Source of the DNA: Botryllus schlosseri
Taxonomy: Eukaryota
Length of the DNA: 64,000 bases
Direction of reading: 5' to 3'
Assembly: GCA_051294905.1 (NCBI GenBank)
Contig: CM119371.1
Location: forward strand, 8,496,001-8,560,000
Each line of letters starts with the position of its first letter. Within the stretch, counting starts at the first letter, position 1. The notes beneath the pieces were generated by a model. It was not told where the DNA came from and did no database searches. It saw only the letters and a list, made by a program, of their open reading frames with translations. This document shows, in pieces, positions 12,176 to 24,576 of this stretch. Made by a program: the position numbers and the translations under genes.

Positions 12176-14604
12176 TAGGGTTACCATCAGACATGGGGTG
12201 ATTACTTCATGAATGTAATCGATTGCGATTACGATTACTTCTGAATCACGCGATTACGATTACGATTACGATTACAGCAAAATCAGGAAGTAGTCGATTA
12301 CGATTACGATTACATTGGAAAAGTAATCACGATTACTCACGATTACATTTATTTTGCATGGTAGTAGTTATATTGGTTGGAAGACAATACATGGATTGCG
12401 CTGAAAAGGCCTAATGATATAACAGCTGTCTTTACAAAAGATGGGACATTTCTCTGTTACGTCATAATGTACCTATTGCCCATTTTATAGAGGACGGTTT
12501 ATCCCACACAACGTTTTGCATTCTTGCCAGGTCCATAACTGCCGCACCCCAAATTCCCCAATAGGGTGCGGAGAGTGGTTGCTGGGGAGGGTACTCGCAA
12601 AAGTATTTCGTAAACCAACATAAATTATAAGAGTATTTTCGATAGATTTCATTAACTTGGAAATTCTCTTTAAGCTTTGCGATTTAAATGTCTCTAGATA
12701 GCTTGATTTGAAAATGCATATGTCTCCCCTTCAAGAAATAGGGCTTGTATAATTCATAGTAATCGGCATTTCGGTGCCAGTCAATACCGCTCCTTGACAC
12801 ATCAAAAGACATGTGAAGTTTCGGCCAACACGAGACTCCACGAAGTGTGCTACTAAAGAAAGACATTGGCCGAAACTTAGATAATGTTTCCATTGTCAAT
12901 AGCCGGGCTGGGTGGGCGTGACTAACAGTCTATTCCTTTCAATCTGAGCCCACGATGCAAATGCCACCCGGGCACCCACAGAGGATTAGACATGAAAATT
13001 TGTGCGTGCGTCTCACGCAAGTTTTTCTTGTATTCTGCTATGTTTGGGGCACTACAACAATATCTTTTGGCTATATAACAGACCGGAGGTCACGAATTAA
13101 CAACATACAATAAAGTAATTATTCCAAGATACCAGATGTTATAATTATGAATTACGCGCCCCCTGCTCTTCAGGTAAATCTGGCCATCGGGCGCTGAGAT
13201 AGGATTAAAAACGCAATATAATGCAATTACCAATATTATTGATTAAATTCAATCTTCAACTTCAAAATTGACTACTCTATGAGGGCCCAAGACCAATGTT
13301 TGGGTGGGGGAAACTTTTGCTGTTTTGATCCTGATTCTAGCTACAACCCACGCTAACATGGTATATAAGCCGATGGCTATGGCGGCAGGTCCAAATGTTC
13401 AATAAAGAATTGTGACATAGCGATTGGCGCCCGTTTTGAGAAGAATAATATGAAAATACGAGAACGTGAACTTAACATTCTGCCGTCAACTTGATGCGGA
13501 TAATGTAATGCAAGCTTCCATTACGAAAACGGCAAAACAACGGCTCGGTTATGATATATATCAGCAGCTGTTGATTTTAATGCTTCGTTGTGGAAACCGA
13601 AATGTTTTTTTTGACGAGTACCAAATTTCAAACCTTTGTCTGGTGTACGTTCGTACCATATAGGCCTACTGCTCGCCAAGCAGCACGGTTAAACTGCAAT
13701 TAACTATAGAATTAGAACTATTACATTCAATAGTTTAACTATAAGCAGAACCAAACATCAATACAAAAGTTGCTATTTTGACTTAGGCTGAGATTGAGAG
13801 GTGATTAATTATCCTGTTGCGAAGTAGTGGTGTCTGAAATGTATTGATAACCCGATATACAGCACGGTGGCTTTTCTTACAATCACACTAATGTACATCG
13901 AATATCTATTTACTATGTGTGGACACTTCTTACGCAAAGACGAGCAAAGCTAATAGGCTACCTCTGACGTAATAATGACCAGTGGCATTTCAAATCAGAC
14001 GTTTACGCTCTGAATAACTGGTATATTATCTCTTCCTTGTTCACGAGTGTTTAGTTTATGTCACAGTCCTTGGACAAATACAAAGTAATCGTTCTTTCAC
14101 AAAGAAATCGATTAAATATGGGAAGTAGTCGATTACGATTACGATTACTTCGGGATTTTTTCGAATGTAATCGATTGTGATTACGATTACTTGAAAATGC
14201 TGTAATCGTCGTAATCGATTACGATTACTAATCGCGATTACCCCATGTCTGGTTACCATACGTCCTCTTTTAAGAGGATTTGTCCTCTTTTTTGACTTTT
14301 TTGAACGTGTCCTCGGAGGACGCCCTTTTGTCCTCTTTTTTGAGATTTTGTCCTCTTTTTAGAAAATTTAGGTCACATTTAGAGCAAAATGCGAGTGATA
14401 TGCCGTAAATTAGCACAGAAGGGACGCTCCGGCGGATATTTCGGAGTGAAAGACGGTAATTTGAGCTCTGAGCGAAAAGGTGACCTTTTTTAAAGCAACT
14501 ACCTAGCAAATTCACCGATTTTTGAGAATTCTTCTCCGGTTTTGCAAGTCTCAAATTTCTGAAAAAGTGTCCTCTTTATAGATTTCCAAAATATGGTAAG
14601 CCTA
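12176..14604. mobile_element. hAT MITE (TAGGGTTACCATACGTCCTC family), split by a 2-kb insertion in its left TIR
   Basis: Perfect TSD ccgtagaa; right end ATATGGTAAGCCTA; relatives at about 17290-17412, 35837-36174 and 38123-38445. Confidence 0.88.
12188..14251. mobile_element. Non-autonomous hAT element with (GATTAC)n subterminal arrays
   Basis: CAGACATGGGG...CCCCATGTCTG TIRs; perfect TSD gttaccat. Confidence 0.93.
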
Positions 14605-15555
14605 CCGTAGAAGGGAATTTGTGTGGCCTTCGACACATAATTCAATTAGTAAGTGTTGGCGGCCGTCGACATGCAAATAGAAATTACAAATTCACTCCCA
14701 AATGGTTCAAGAGATTTTAATTATTCTTAAAATTTTCTTCGCGCTCCGCGCAATTCAACATAATTTCATTTTTCGAATCTGATATAGTAGTATGCCCTTC
14801 TCAATATGCGCAGGAATCGGAATCGTGTGCTCCTCGCGAAATAAATTTGCTGATGGTACATTTGGGCGATTTCAATATATTTCCGCTATTGCCACTACCG
14901 ATACAATCGACAATCCTGATGGGGTGTCAAGAAATATCAGCATGCAACAAAGTGACTAATGATGCATTATCATTTATAACTTGCCCTAAATTTTCGAAAG
15001 CACTCCCTCCATGAACCTACCGGTGAATCTGATTACATGGGCGGATAAATGATAAATATTTGAAAGTAATATGTGATATTGCTACTATTAATTACGGAAT
15101 TCATTCGTGAATCTGAAACATTTTCGCGCCCAGCGCGACAATATGCAATTCCAGCCACTAATCATAACATTTCCACTCGCGATTTCCACTCGCGATTTCG
15201 ATTGCGTACAATAGGCCGTTGTGAAAAGTAGAATAGTCCGGAGTTCAACGGGAATGGATATTGTCAGATTAACATAGGTAAATTGCGCCCAGTCTGTTCA
15301 TTACTGGTATGCCCTGGAATGCGACCTAAGGCTATATAAGTAATCGAAATGCGACCGTGATTAGCAAAAAGATGCCTACCTCGGTATTAGATGATGTACT
15401 ATTTTAACATGACGATAAGTGAAGGGGGGATCAGGGGAGCGCAATTTTTTTGACCATCGCCAAGGGAGGCGCATGCCCAAAAAGGTTGAGAACCCCTGTG
15501 CTAGGCAGTCAGCAATCACGGACAGCATGGAGGAGAAAAAACCGGGGGTTCAGAC

Positions 15556-17084
15556 CAACGTTCCCTCTAATTTTTCAAGAGTCTGCACAAACACGTCAAC
15601 TCACTGCGCAGGCCCTCGGACAACAGTGCGCAACCACCCTCCATTAGGGTGATAAAACTAACCCATACCCCCTACGGCTCTAGGCTTCTTCCGGTACTTA
15701 TCATGTACTTTGGGTGCCCATTTAGTAGTAGCGTCCCTAAACGCGCGAAGCGCGAAAAAAATCTATAATTCATGATTGCATCGGCCAATATGATCGGGAA
15801 TTGCATATATATTATATTATATTATATTATTTTATATATTATATATATTGCATATATTTCTATCCTCTCCCCGCTCACATAATCAGATTTATCGGTAGAG
15901 CTGATCCAGTGAGGTGTGTTGGAATAGATAGGCTCTCTAAATAATAATAACACATCTTCGGGCGTACCCGTTGATATAATGACTTCGTTACATGATGCTA
16001 TTTCGTGCCCCCTATCTGCTATGTCAAAAGATATTGAAATCGCCAAAACGTACTAAAGTAAAAGACGTACACGAATTCAAATTGGTACCTCTTAACTGGA
16101 AAATAATGTTCCCTCGATATGGCATTTGTCTTGTTGTGGGACCCGCATCGCCAGGACAGGAACATTCGGCGCCAGCCATTTAGGCGCCCATGGATATGGT
16201 CAATTACACATATATTGGTATATATCGAAGTTTTCGATCAGCACCGGGCAGCCTTTTTCGCCCAAGGTTTTCTCGATGCTGATCGTTCTGGCGCCCTTCT
16301 TGGATTCGCATGTTACATAGCCTTTAACTTCATATGTCTTAACGCGTCATGGTGCGGTAATGGCCGACGCCCAACTGCCCGTTTCTATAAATCATGCCTA
16401 ATTTTTGTTGGGAAAGGGTACCCAATAATCAGATATCTTACAATAATAAAACGAGCGTAACGCGAAAAAAAATTCCTGAAAAATTTCAAAAGATACACCA
16501 TGATTTATGGTAATTCTCGAAATAATTTTGGACCCCCTTCGAGCTTGGCCCCTCCAATTGGGGGTTTGGGGTGCGAAAGTTACGGTCCTGAGTAAATCCT
16601 ACGCAATGTTCATGCCATGCGAAGAAGACTATCATTCGTTAGTTTATCGCAGATTAACTTCGAGCTAAACCATTGTTATTCATAACTTTGTTAAACCAGG
16701 TTATTTCGCCTTTCCCAGAAAGTAATGCGCTATTGAAATGATATCAGTATCGCTCACGTGTACAAGGCCATACCAAAAAAATATCTTCCGTGAGGCACAG
16801 GTCATTGTGAACTCTAATTTCCTCACGGAGCGCAATAGTTACCTTTGCGGGGCGCACTTGTACCCCGGTTTCAGACTTCAGTGATAACACTATTTGGCCC
16901 CGGCAATGTTCCATCTTAATTTTCACGAATCTGTGCGCCTGCGTGGTCCATTGGACAACAGTGCGCAACAACTATAAAAAAAAACATCATTTCTGATTTT
17001 CTGTGCGCAACGTAGATTTTCTGTGCGCAGAGACCGTTTCAGCACTGCGCATTTGCGCACGTGCGCAGCTTAGAGGGAACATTG
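15556..17084. mobile_element. Non-autonomous hAT element with an internal inverted copy of the 26609-27437 family
   Basis: CAACGTTCCCTCTAA...TTAGAGGGAACATTG termini; perfect TSD gttcagac; short relative near 51070-51249. Confidence 0.9.
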
Positions 17085-17483
17085 GTTCAGACTAGATGAC
17101 CTTACTATAAACGCCGTATCGTATCTCCGTCGCCAAAGCATCTCGATGGTGCAGGCAAAACAGAATACCATAACTCTCTCTCTCTCACTTCGTGTTCGGT
17201 TGACTAAAATAACGCCAACTTTCCGGCTCACCTCTCGAAATAGCCACCGGAACGTTCGTTACTTCAATGCTGATTTAGTGAATCTCAGTCTACGTTTGCC
17301 ATATATTGAACCAAAATTATCCAAAAAAGATTACATTTGGGCATCCTCCGAGGACACTCTCAAAGAAGTAAAAAAAGGACAAATTCTCTTAAGTGGACGT
17401 ATGGTATCCCTAACATAGAATGTTATTATGTATTTTCGGTATTGTCATATACGCTAGCTAATTAGTACCACGTTATCAATACC

Positions 17484-17559
17484 ATGGCAGAAGGGGGTAA
17501 GTATAACAATTCTGATGTCGCTGATGTCAAGCCTACATCAATATCGCCCGAAATAAGCG
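17484..17559 (+). CDS. NLR N-terminal cassette B, coding exon 1 (MAEGGKYNNSDVADVKPTSISPEIS; may end at 17496)
   Basis: accATGG start. The donor at the position homologous to cassette A is G|gcgagt (17560). An alternative consensus donor G|gtaagt lies at 17497. Both are phase 1. Confidence 0.7.
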
Positions 17560-17782
17560 GCGAGTAGCTCGATGTCTGTTGTATTGAGCTCAGACTACTT
17601 AAAATACATGATTATTTATCCATCTGAAACAGCTTCGAAGTTCTTTAAATACTGTACATTTTGCTCGTTGCGCTAATAATATTCCGGAGGATATCGAAGA
17701 AAATAGAAGAATTCATGTTATTTTCTAATAAGGCTCTGTATGGAACCTGGCACGCAGTACAATAACCATGTGTTTTTCTTAG

Positions 17783-17926
17783 GATCCGCAACTTTGGCCG
17801 AAGGAGAAAATATCAATCTGAAGTTCACAAAGAGCTCTGTTAACGTCGTGGCAGGAGATCAAATCAGTGCAAAGATCGTCTACCATGTTACAGGTGCTGA
17901 TGGAAAAAAACCTTCCGGGATCAAAA
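17783..17926 (+). CDS. NLR N-terminal cassette B, exon 2
   Basis: tttttcttag|GA acceptor and AAAA|gtgagt donor, 144 nt, phase 1-1, in frame with the NACHT exon. Encodes SATLAEGENINLKFTKSSVNVVAGDQISAKIVYHVTGADGKKPSGIK. Confidence 0.78.
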
Positions 17927-18649
17927 GTGAGTATAATGCTCTTTTATGCAATACGGTGTGCATATTTGCTGGTGAATGGTCTGCTGAAACCCCATTTTCA
18001 AGGAATTGCAAAATATGTGAAGAATTTTTTCAGGACCAGAAGTCATGGCTTCTGTGGTATTAGTATTCTGATGCATAAATTATTCACAATGATATCCATA
18101 ACCCCTCCATAACGATAGTTTAGTTGGAGACATTTCAGAATGGGGCTCTTCAGCATGGGACTTCGCAAACCTAACGAAGTCATAATTGCCCCTTTCCTAA
18201 TCATACTTGTTTCGAGATCACGTTACCGTGTTTTCGCCACGGTTCCATATGGTGCGCAATCATAGTTATAAAGTATGATTAGATTGAACTTTTGCGCCTC
18301 TACTGGGGAGCCAGTACATGGTCAGCCAGTACATGGTCATTCGTGATAGCGTTCGTAATCGCATTCGTGTTCGGGACTCTGCTCATCTGAACAGAATATT
18401 TATCTACGGGATACGCATTACGTGTTTTGTTCGTACTCGTGACTTCTGTTCGCGATGAGTTGTAAGTGGGAAACTTTAGCACTTCGCTTCGTTGTTTGTT
18501 TGAATACCCATCTAAATTTGTTAGCGGCACTTTCTGGGAATTAATATCGAAGTACAATCACAATTCCAGATAAAGAGCTCAGAATTTGCGGAGCGATGAT
18601 TTGTTTATGACTTGATTAATTACGGTCTGAAAACGAAACGAAGACTTTT

Positions 18650-19450
18650 GAGAGATAAGATTCCACATGGCAATTACCCTGTGCTATCGGAAATGCCAAA
18701 ATTGTTTTCATTACCCCGTACTATCTCGCTGCTATTGAAACAGTAAGAGTGCTGTCTAATCGTAAATGCTTATATGCATGTCTGACTAATATCATTATAT
18801 TAAAATATCCAAATTCACCTCTTTCGAAATCGTCCCAAATTCTTGAAGTTTGAAGTATAATCTTTTGATCCAGGTCATTTTGCTACAACATCCGTAAATA
18901 GAAGATTTGCATCACAGATTCCCCGGATGTTGATTGAGTAGATTTTTTTCTATTCACATAAGCAAACTCGTCATCATGTGGAGCAATTATAAGGATATGA
19001 GATCAATCAATGCAGCCGATTACGCCAGGAAAACCCGCTACTTGATAAAAACAACGTTTAACGGCGACGACTTCAGTGTGATTTATTGGCATGTAAATGA
19101 AATTTGGAACTATATCGAAAGCATTGAATCCCAAAACGCGACTAATACTTTACTAAGAGTTGGCTGGGATACTTTCAAGAAATATTTTCTGCAATTGTGA
19201 AAGCTTCCTGAACCGAGCGTTTTAAGAGATACCAAAACTTTGTGCTGTATGGTTAGATTGGTTAGGTCTGCCGAACGATGATGACCTAATGGCTCCATGC
19301 TATTCTTCACTCCTGGCAATGAACAGAGATATTCGATTTCATATTTTCTCATTCTAAATTTTGTAACTTCTTTTTCGCTTAATTTGTTCAAGTCAACATA
19401 TTCCTGATCTTGACATCCTCCAAAGTGCGATGTGCGGTTATTTACTAAGA
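18650..19450 (-). pseudogene. PIF/Harbinger DDE transposase relic
   Basis: KVLVSLKTLGSGSF...VSQPTLSKV, then VAGFPGVIGCID*SHI, FAYVNRK and SINIRGICDANLLFTDVVAK*PGS; stops and frameshifts. Confidence 0.9.
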
Positions 19451-20697
19451 AATAACGGGCAGCCATAATGCCGACATAAGTCTTCCCGAATGATGATCGT
19501 ACTAACACGAACGGTATTGAGTGTTCGTGGTCTGCCGAAGATATTTGTCAGAATTTCCGAACATTTTTTCATGGTGTTCGCGAATAGATTGCACGGAATA
19601 CCGAAGATTTCTATTCTTACGCAGAGAATGTAATGACCTCCCTGATGTGACCATGGGTATGAATGTCTCCCATTCACCACGCCATCAGAGATTATACGAC
19701 ATGTAGAAATCTGAGATTGTTTTCATTTGCAAATATCCTCACCATGATCTTCCATTACTCTTCATCTTCAATGCCTGCATTAATAAGTGAATCTATAGCC
19801 TACTGGATACCATCCGTATTCCCAATAATCTTCTTCAATAGATTGTCTCAAAGGTACATAAATTGTCGTTATCAGTGTAAATCGCGAAGAGAAAACACCT
19901 GCTATTGCTGCACTTTATACATAAAGTAGTTCATCCAGTCTCGGATTGCCAATTGTGTAAAGGTTCCGCATTTCTGTTATTTCAACAATTGTATAATATC
20001 AGCATGACGCACCACATCATGTTTTATCAGTAGTCGCACCCGATCTCTGGCCACGTCGCGGCATTCATTTTCGCATTTGGATTTCTGATTCCAACGAAAT
20101 GGCAAATGCTCCACGGCTGCAGAAAGGTTGATCTACAATCCAATCGTTACGCAATGAATGAACGTTCTTACTACCTTTCTGTAACCTTAGCTTAGGTTAT
20201 GCCGGCTGTCATGGTGATAACGTCACAATATGATAACTCGACCATGTCGGCAACAACAACGACAACTACACTGCGGATCGTCGCTCAGTATTCTTACCAA
20301 AACATACAGCGATAGTCATGTCGCGGTAAGGAAGACTGATCTACTGCACGGATAGGTATATATATTTGTAATGGCAGTCAGTTATACAGCAAAGATTCAT
20401 TGGAGTATGGTAGTGCGCAAGAAGATACTACAAGAGAATTTCGCGCAATATGGTCCAGAAGCGGTACCAGAATTAAATATGGAAGAAACATCGTAATTGT
20501 TTTGAGTTACATTGAGCAACAGCTGCTCTCTGGCCCGTTGAAGATGGCCATCACACTGTTTTAGGCGCAACAAGATTAGGTTTGATGACACTGTCCTAAT
20601 TAAAAATATAACATTTGCCGAAATTTCTTATACTTTACTGCCGAGTAATCTATATTTTTTATCAGCCCTTTTGTTTCAGCCTTGGTAACCTCTATAT

Positions 20698-22640
20698 CAG
20701 GAGTTCTCAGCCTTCTTTTGACTGTGGCTCATTTCGAGTTTCAAAATGTTCTGTGGCCCACCTCTTATTCTACGCAGAGTCATAGTCCTGTTCAATGTGT
20801 GGTAATAGCCGCTGCCGATACGACTATTTCCAGTGTTGGGATGACTCGAGTCACCTTTTCGTATTATTTGACTTGACCCGAGTCACTTTGCTAAAACGAC
20901 TTGACTTGACTCGGCGTATCAGAAATGTGGATTGACTCGTAACTTGGAGCAAAATTTACGAGTCAATTTCAAGTCATGAAGTAATAGCTGTCGATGAAAA
21001 TCACTGTATCTTGCTCAGGCTCGGATTGTTCGCGAAACGCCGGTGTAACCCGTGAGAGCGAGCAATCCTTCAATATAAGTGTGTTTTGCTTATCCTCCAT
21101 TGTTCTGTCACATATAAATTGACCGCAAACAAAGTGACCAAAACTTACGTTGTCGTCAACTGCAGTATGTATTAAACCGAACCTCTTGTTTTATTGAAAT
21201 TGAATTCGAATATAGTTTATAATAGTCCTCAGCCATTGGCACGGGCTCGAATTGTGTTATATCAATTGGTAATGTACTGCATCTTATCAATTCGTTTCTC
21301 TATTCTCTTTTGTGACTGCGGTAACTATAAACGGGGGCTATGTAATTAGTAATTACTTACGTAGTTCAACAGTTCTACGTATATGTGAGCGACACAGCGC
21401 CTTCTTCCGTGTATATTTAACTCTATATTCGTTCATCGCTTCAGAATCATGCCTCATTCTTCGAAAAGGCAACTTGACTTGAATTGTGACTTGACTCGTG
21501 GCTTGACTTGACTTGACTCGACTTGACTTAAGTCACCTTCAAAACTCGAGTGACTTAACTTGACTCGAGTCAAAATATGTAATGAAAGGACTGGTGAATC
21601 GAAGGTAGTGACTTGATCCCAACACTGCCTATTTATCTACAATATGTACATTTTTGTCTTACTTATTATATCCAAACACAGGCCGTAAGAGACACGAAAT
21701 CGCGCGAAGAACATTTACAAGTTCTATAACTCTCAGTCAACAAACAACAATGATTTTGGGCCTCTTTAAGCACTCCCCGATTTGGGGTTAGGAGTGCACA
21801 TAACTCTCACGTCGGGAAACCCAACGATCTAATCCCCACAGCCATTATGTCCTGGCGGTTTTAGCTCCACTATGGTGGGGAATAATATTATCATTCTGGC
21901 CCCGCTTCAAACAATTCTTTGGTGAATGGGATACGTTGCTATAGAGAAGCGAAGAACGAATTTTTATATGCTAGCTGTACAATGTACAATTGTACATAGT
22001 ATGTCTTGTACCTATGGAAGTCGCGTTGCCAGGACATTAAATCCAATGTTACAAACAATTCATGTTACTCGTACATTATGTACATTGTAAAATGACTTCA
22101 AGGCCACACATTGTCAGAGCGACTTCAAATCTTGATGTTATGTGCTAAATCATCCATACATTAAGATCGCTGCGGTGATGCCGTATACTTCCACAGGAAG
22201 TTTATAATAGATAATAAGTTGCAATTGTGGCTATTCTTATGTTACAATGATACGAACTGCCGAAGTATAGGCCTACCAATATTCTACGTCAAATGCATTT
22301 CAGTCTCAGTTTAATGCTCATCCTTTTCAAGGGCATACGACGCATGACAGTGCCGGAATACTTGGTTTCTTCAGCATTAATGTCCAGTTACTTTATAATC
22401 GAAATTATTGCCGTTGCTGTTGGCCGTAGGTTGTCATGGCCAGAGGACAAAATCCGCTGCTTTCCCTCCCATCTTCGACTTGTATAGGAACATAGCCGAC
22501 GTATAATTCGATAATATGAATATAAAAATATATAACTAAATTTTCACAAATTTTATAATTTTCCAAAAAGGGCTGTGGCCCACCTCACATTACTCTTGTG
22601 GCCCACCAGTGGACCATGTCCCAGCCTTTGAGAACCTCTG
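20698..22640. mobile_element. Non-autonomous hAT element
   Basis: CAGGAGTTCTCAG...TGAGAACCTCTG termini; flanks ctctatat / ctctctat. Confidence 0.7.
20831..21627. mobile_element. hAT MITE with (GACTT/GACTC)n arrays; inverted relative of 51985-52915
   Basis: CAGTGTTGGGAT...ATCCCAACACTG TIRs; degenerate TSD actatttc / cctattta. Confidence 0.88.
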
Positions 22641-23531
22641 CTCTCTATATAAGAAAGTTTAGTTATTACTAGGGAAAGTTTTTGTTGTAGTTGGAAAGTT
22701 GCACTTACTATTATTATAAGTTGCAGTAAAGATTTGTATTTATAATTTTTAATATATTAGGATATTAGATACTCGAAAAGTTTAAGATTTGCAGGGTATC
22801 TGTTTTTATTCGCTTCTTTCTTCGTTATTCAATTGATCATGAACACAATTTTATGTTCTTTGGGTTTCAAACTACATGACACCATTTCGCTGTCCCCTCA
22901 TGCGCGCAGAGCTGTCAGATACGGTACTTTCTTATCTCACGAACGGCCTAGCGAGACCGCTGAAAATTACATGTTTTGCAAGTACGCAGCAAAAGAGTAA
23001 CGCAACACGCGGAAGTTAAGTAATATTCCGCGAAAATCCATACATATCCATTAAACAAGTCAACTACCGCAACTCAAACCCCCTATACTAGGTCTGCAAA
23101 CTTGACCAAAGGCATTGCAGCAAAACGCAGTGTTCACGACTTCAACAAAATGAATAGCCTGGAAAGGTAACCTAGTAAATGTGTCATTGTCAGCGGTGTC
23201 GCTTAAGCGTCCGAGGTGAAGGACGTCAGATTGAAACAAAAGTGAATAAATCAAGCTTTATATTATATATATAGAGAGGGATCAAGCACTGTCGTCTTTG
23301 GATGTGGTTTCTGAACTTCTAGCTTACAAGCCATGGCGCCATCGATATCATTAGAATGCAACTAATCCACCACATAGCTCTTTTTTGAGCAAATCGAGCA
23401 GAACTGATACTGATACTGTTACTGACTATCGAGCTCATTTTAAGTGACATGCCACTTCACGCTTGATTTTTTTTCTGTACTACTTTTACTTCTCATTCAA
23501 TGTACATGCCTCCTCTTTACATCGCCTAAAC

Positions 23532-24109
23532 CAGGGCCGGCCAACCCGTGGCCCGCGAGAAGGTTTCGAGTGGCTCGCGAGGCATTTCTCGAAATTACTT
23601 ATAATATAAATAAAATATATTAGCCAGGTAATTCATTGTGAACTTGCAAGAGCAACCTAAAATTTGATTAGCCTGATCGTGGACACGCGACTTGGCGTCT
23701 GCACTCGCTGAAAGATCGTCAGCGATGAAATCTTTGCACAAAGTGATAGACGCAACGTTCACTGAGCTCTTCGATATTGATGTCCAAGCGCCGATTAATC
23801 ATGTCCTGGCCAAACGAGCCCAGCTGTATACAGGAGCGACCCACCACAATATATGCAACTGACATTATTTTATGGACCTATCTTTCCCTACCTTCGAACA
23901 TATTAGCGCTCGCGCGGCTGGGACGTTTGCACAGAGTTTTCGTGACATAAGTGTTAGCGATTTTGTTGTTTATATTTTTGTCCTTTTTACCTTCGCCTAA
24001 TCCGGTTCGCTATTATCGGACGACTAAAAGGACATCAATATGCAAGTGGCACGCGCAATGCTTCGTAAATCTCATGTGGCCCTTCAGCCGAAAAGGCTGG
24101 TCACCCCGG
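23532..24109. mobile_element. Old hAT MITE
   Basis: CAGGGCCGGCCAACC...GGCTGGTCACCCCGG termini; TSD degenerate. Confidence 0.6.
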
Positions 24110-24576
24110 GCCAAGGCCAAGGTGGGTGTCTGATTCCAAAGAACAGGAAGTGGTTTCGAGTCCGACCGAGGTTGACGTCCTAATTCCGATACTTAAGTGT
24201 TGGAGGTTTACCTAGGCCCCTCCTCGCCACCTCATCCGCGTCAGCGGTGTCATCCAAAAAGCCTAGAGGTGGGCCGTGCTATAAGTCGACAGTTACGGAA
24301 AATAAGAAGAATATCGGCCTTGTGTAAATGACAATAGTAGTCGATAAACACCATGTATACCCCAAAACACACAAAAATAACAACAAGTGGTTTCGACACC
24401 TTTCTTTCTTTTCATAGTATCGCAACTTTGTGGTGTATTGAACTGATAAAAATTGCTAACAAACCGAACCGAAAGAGAACCATACCAGAATTAGTTTTAT
24501 AGCATTTTCTTTTAATGACTTTTACAAATTTTGCGCAATACTTGATAACAGTTACAATAAAAATTATTTTGTACAG

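Larger units (their letters stand above)
11915..15498 (-). mobile_element. Inverted, truncated copy of the composite hAT element at 28665-29997, carrying two nested insertions
   Basis: 11915-12175 and 14605-15498 match the reverse complement of about 28665-29540; ends GGTTGAGAACCCCTG. Confidence 0.75.

Noticed and set aside
20390..20500. Possible extra exon between cassette B and the NACHT exon
   Set aside because: An acceptor is present but I found no donor that keeps phase 1-1, and the peptide shows no death-fold pattern.
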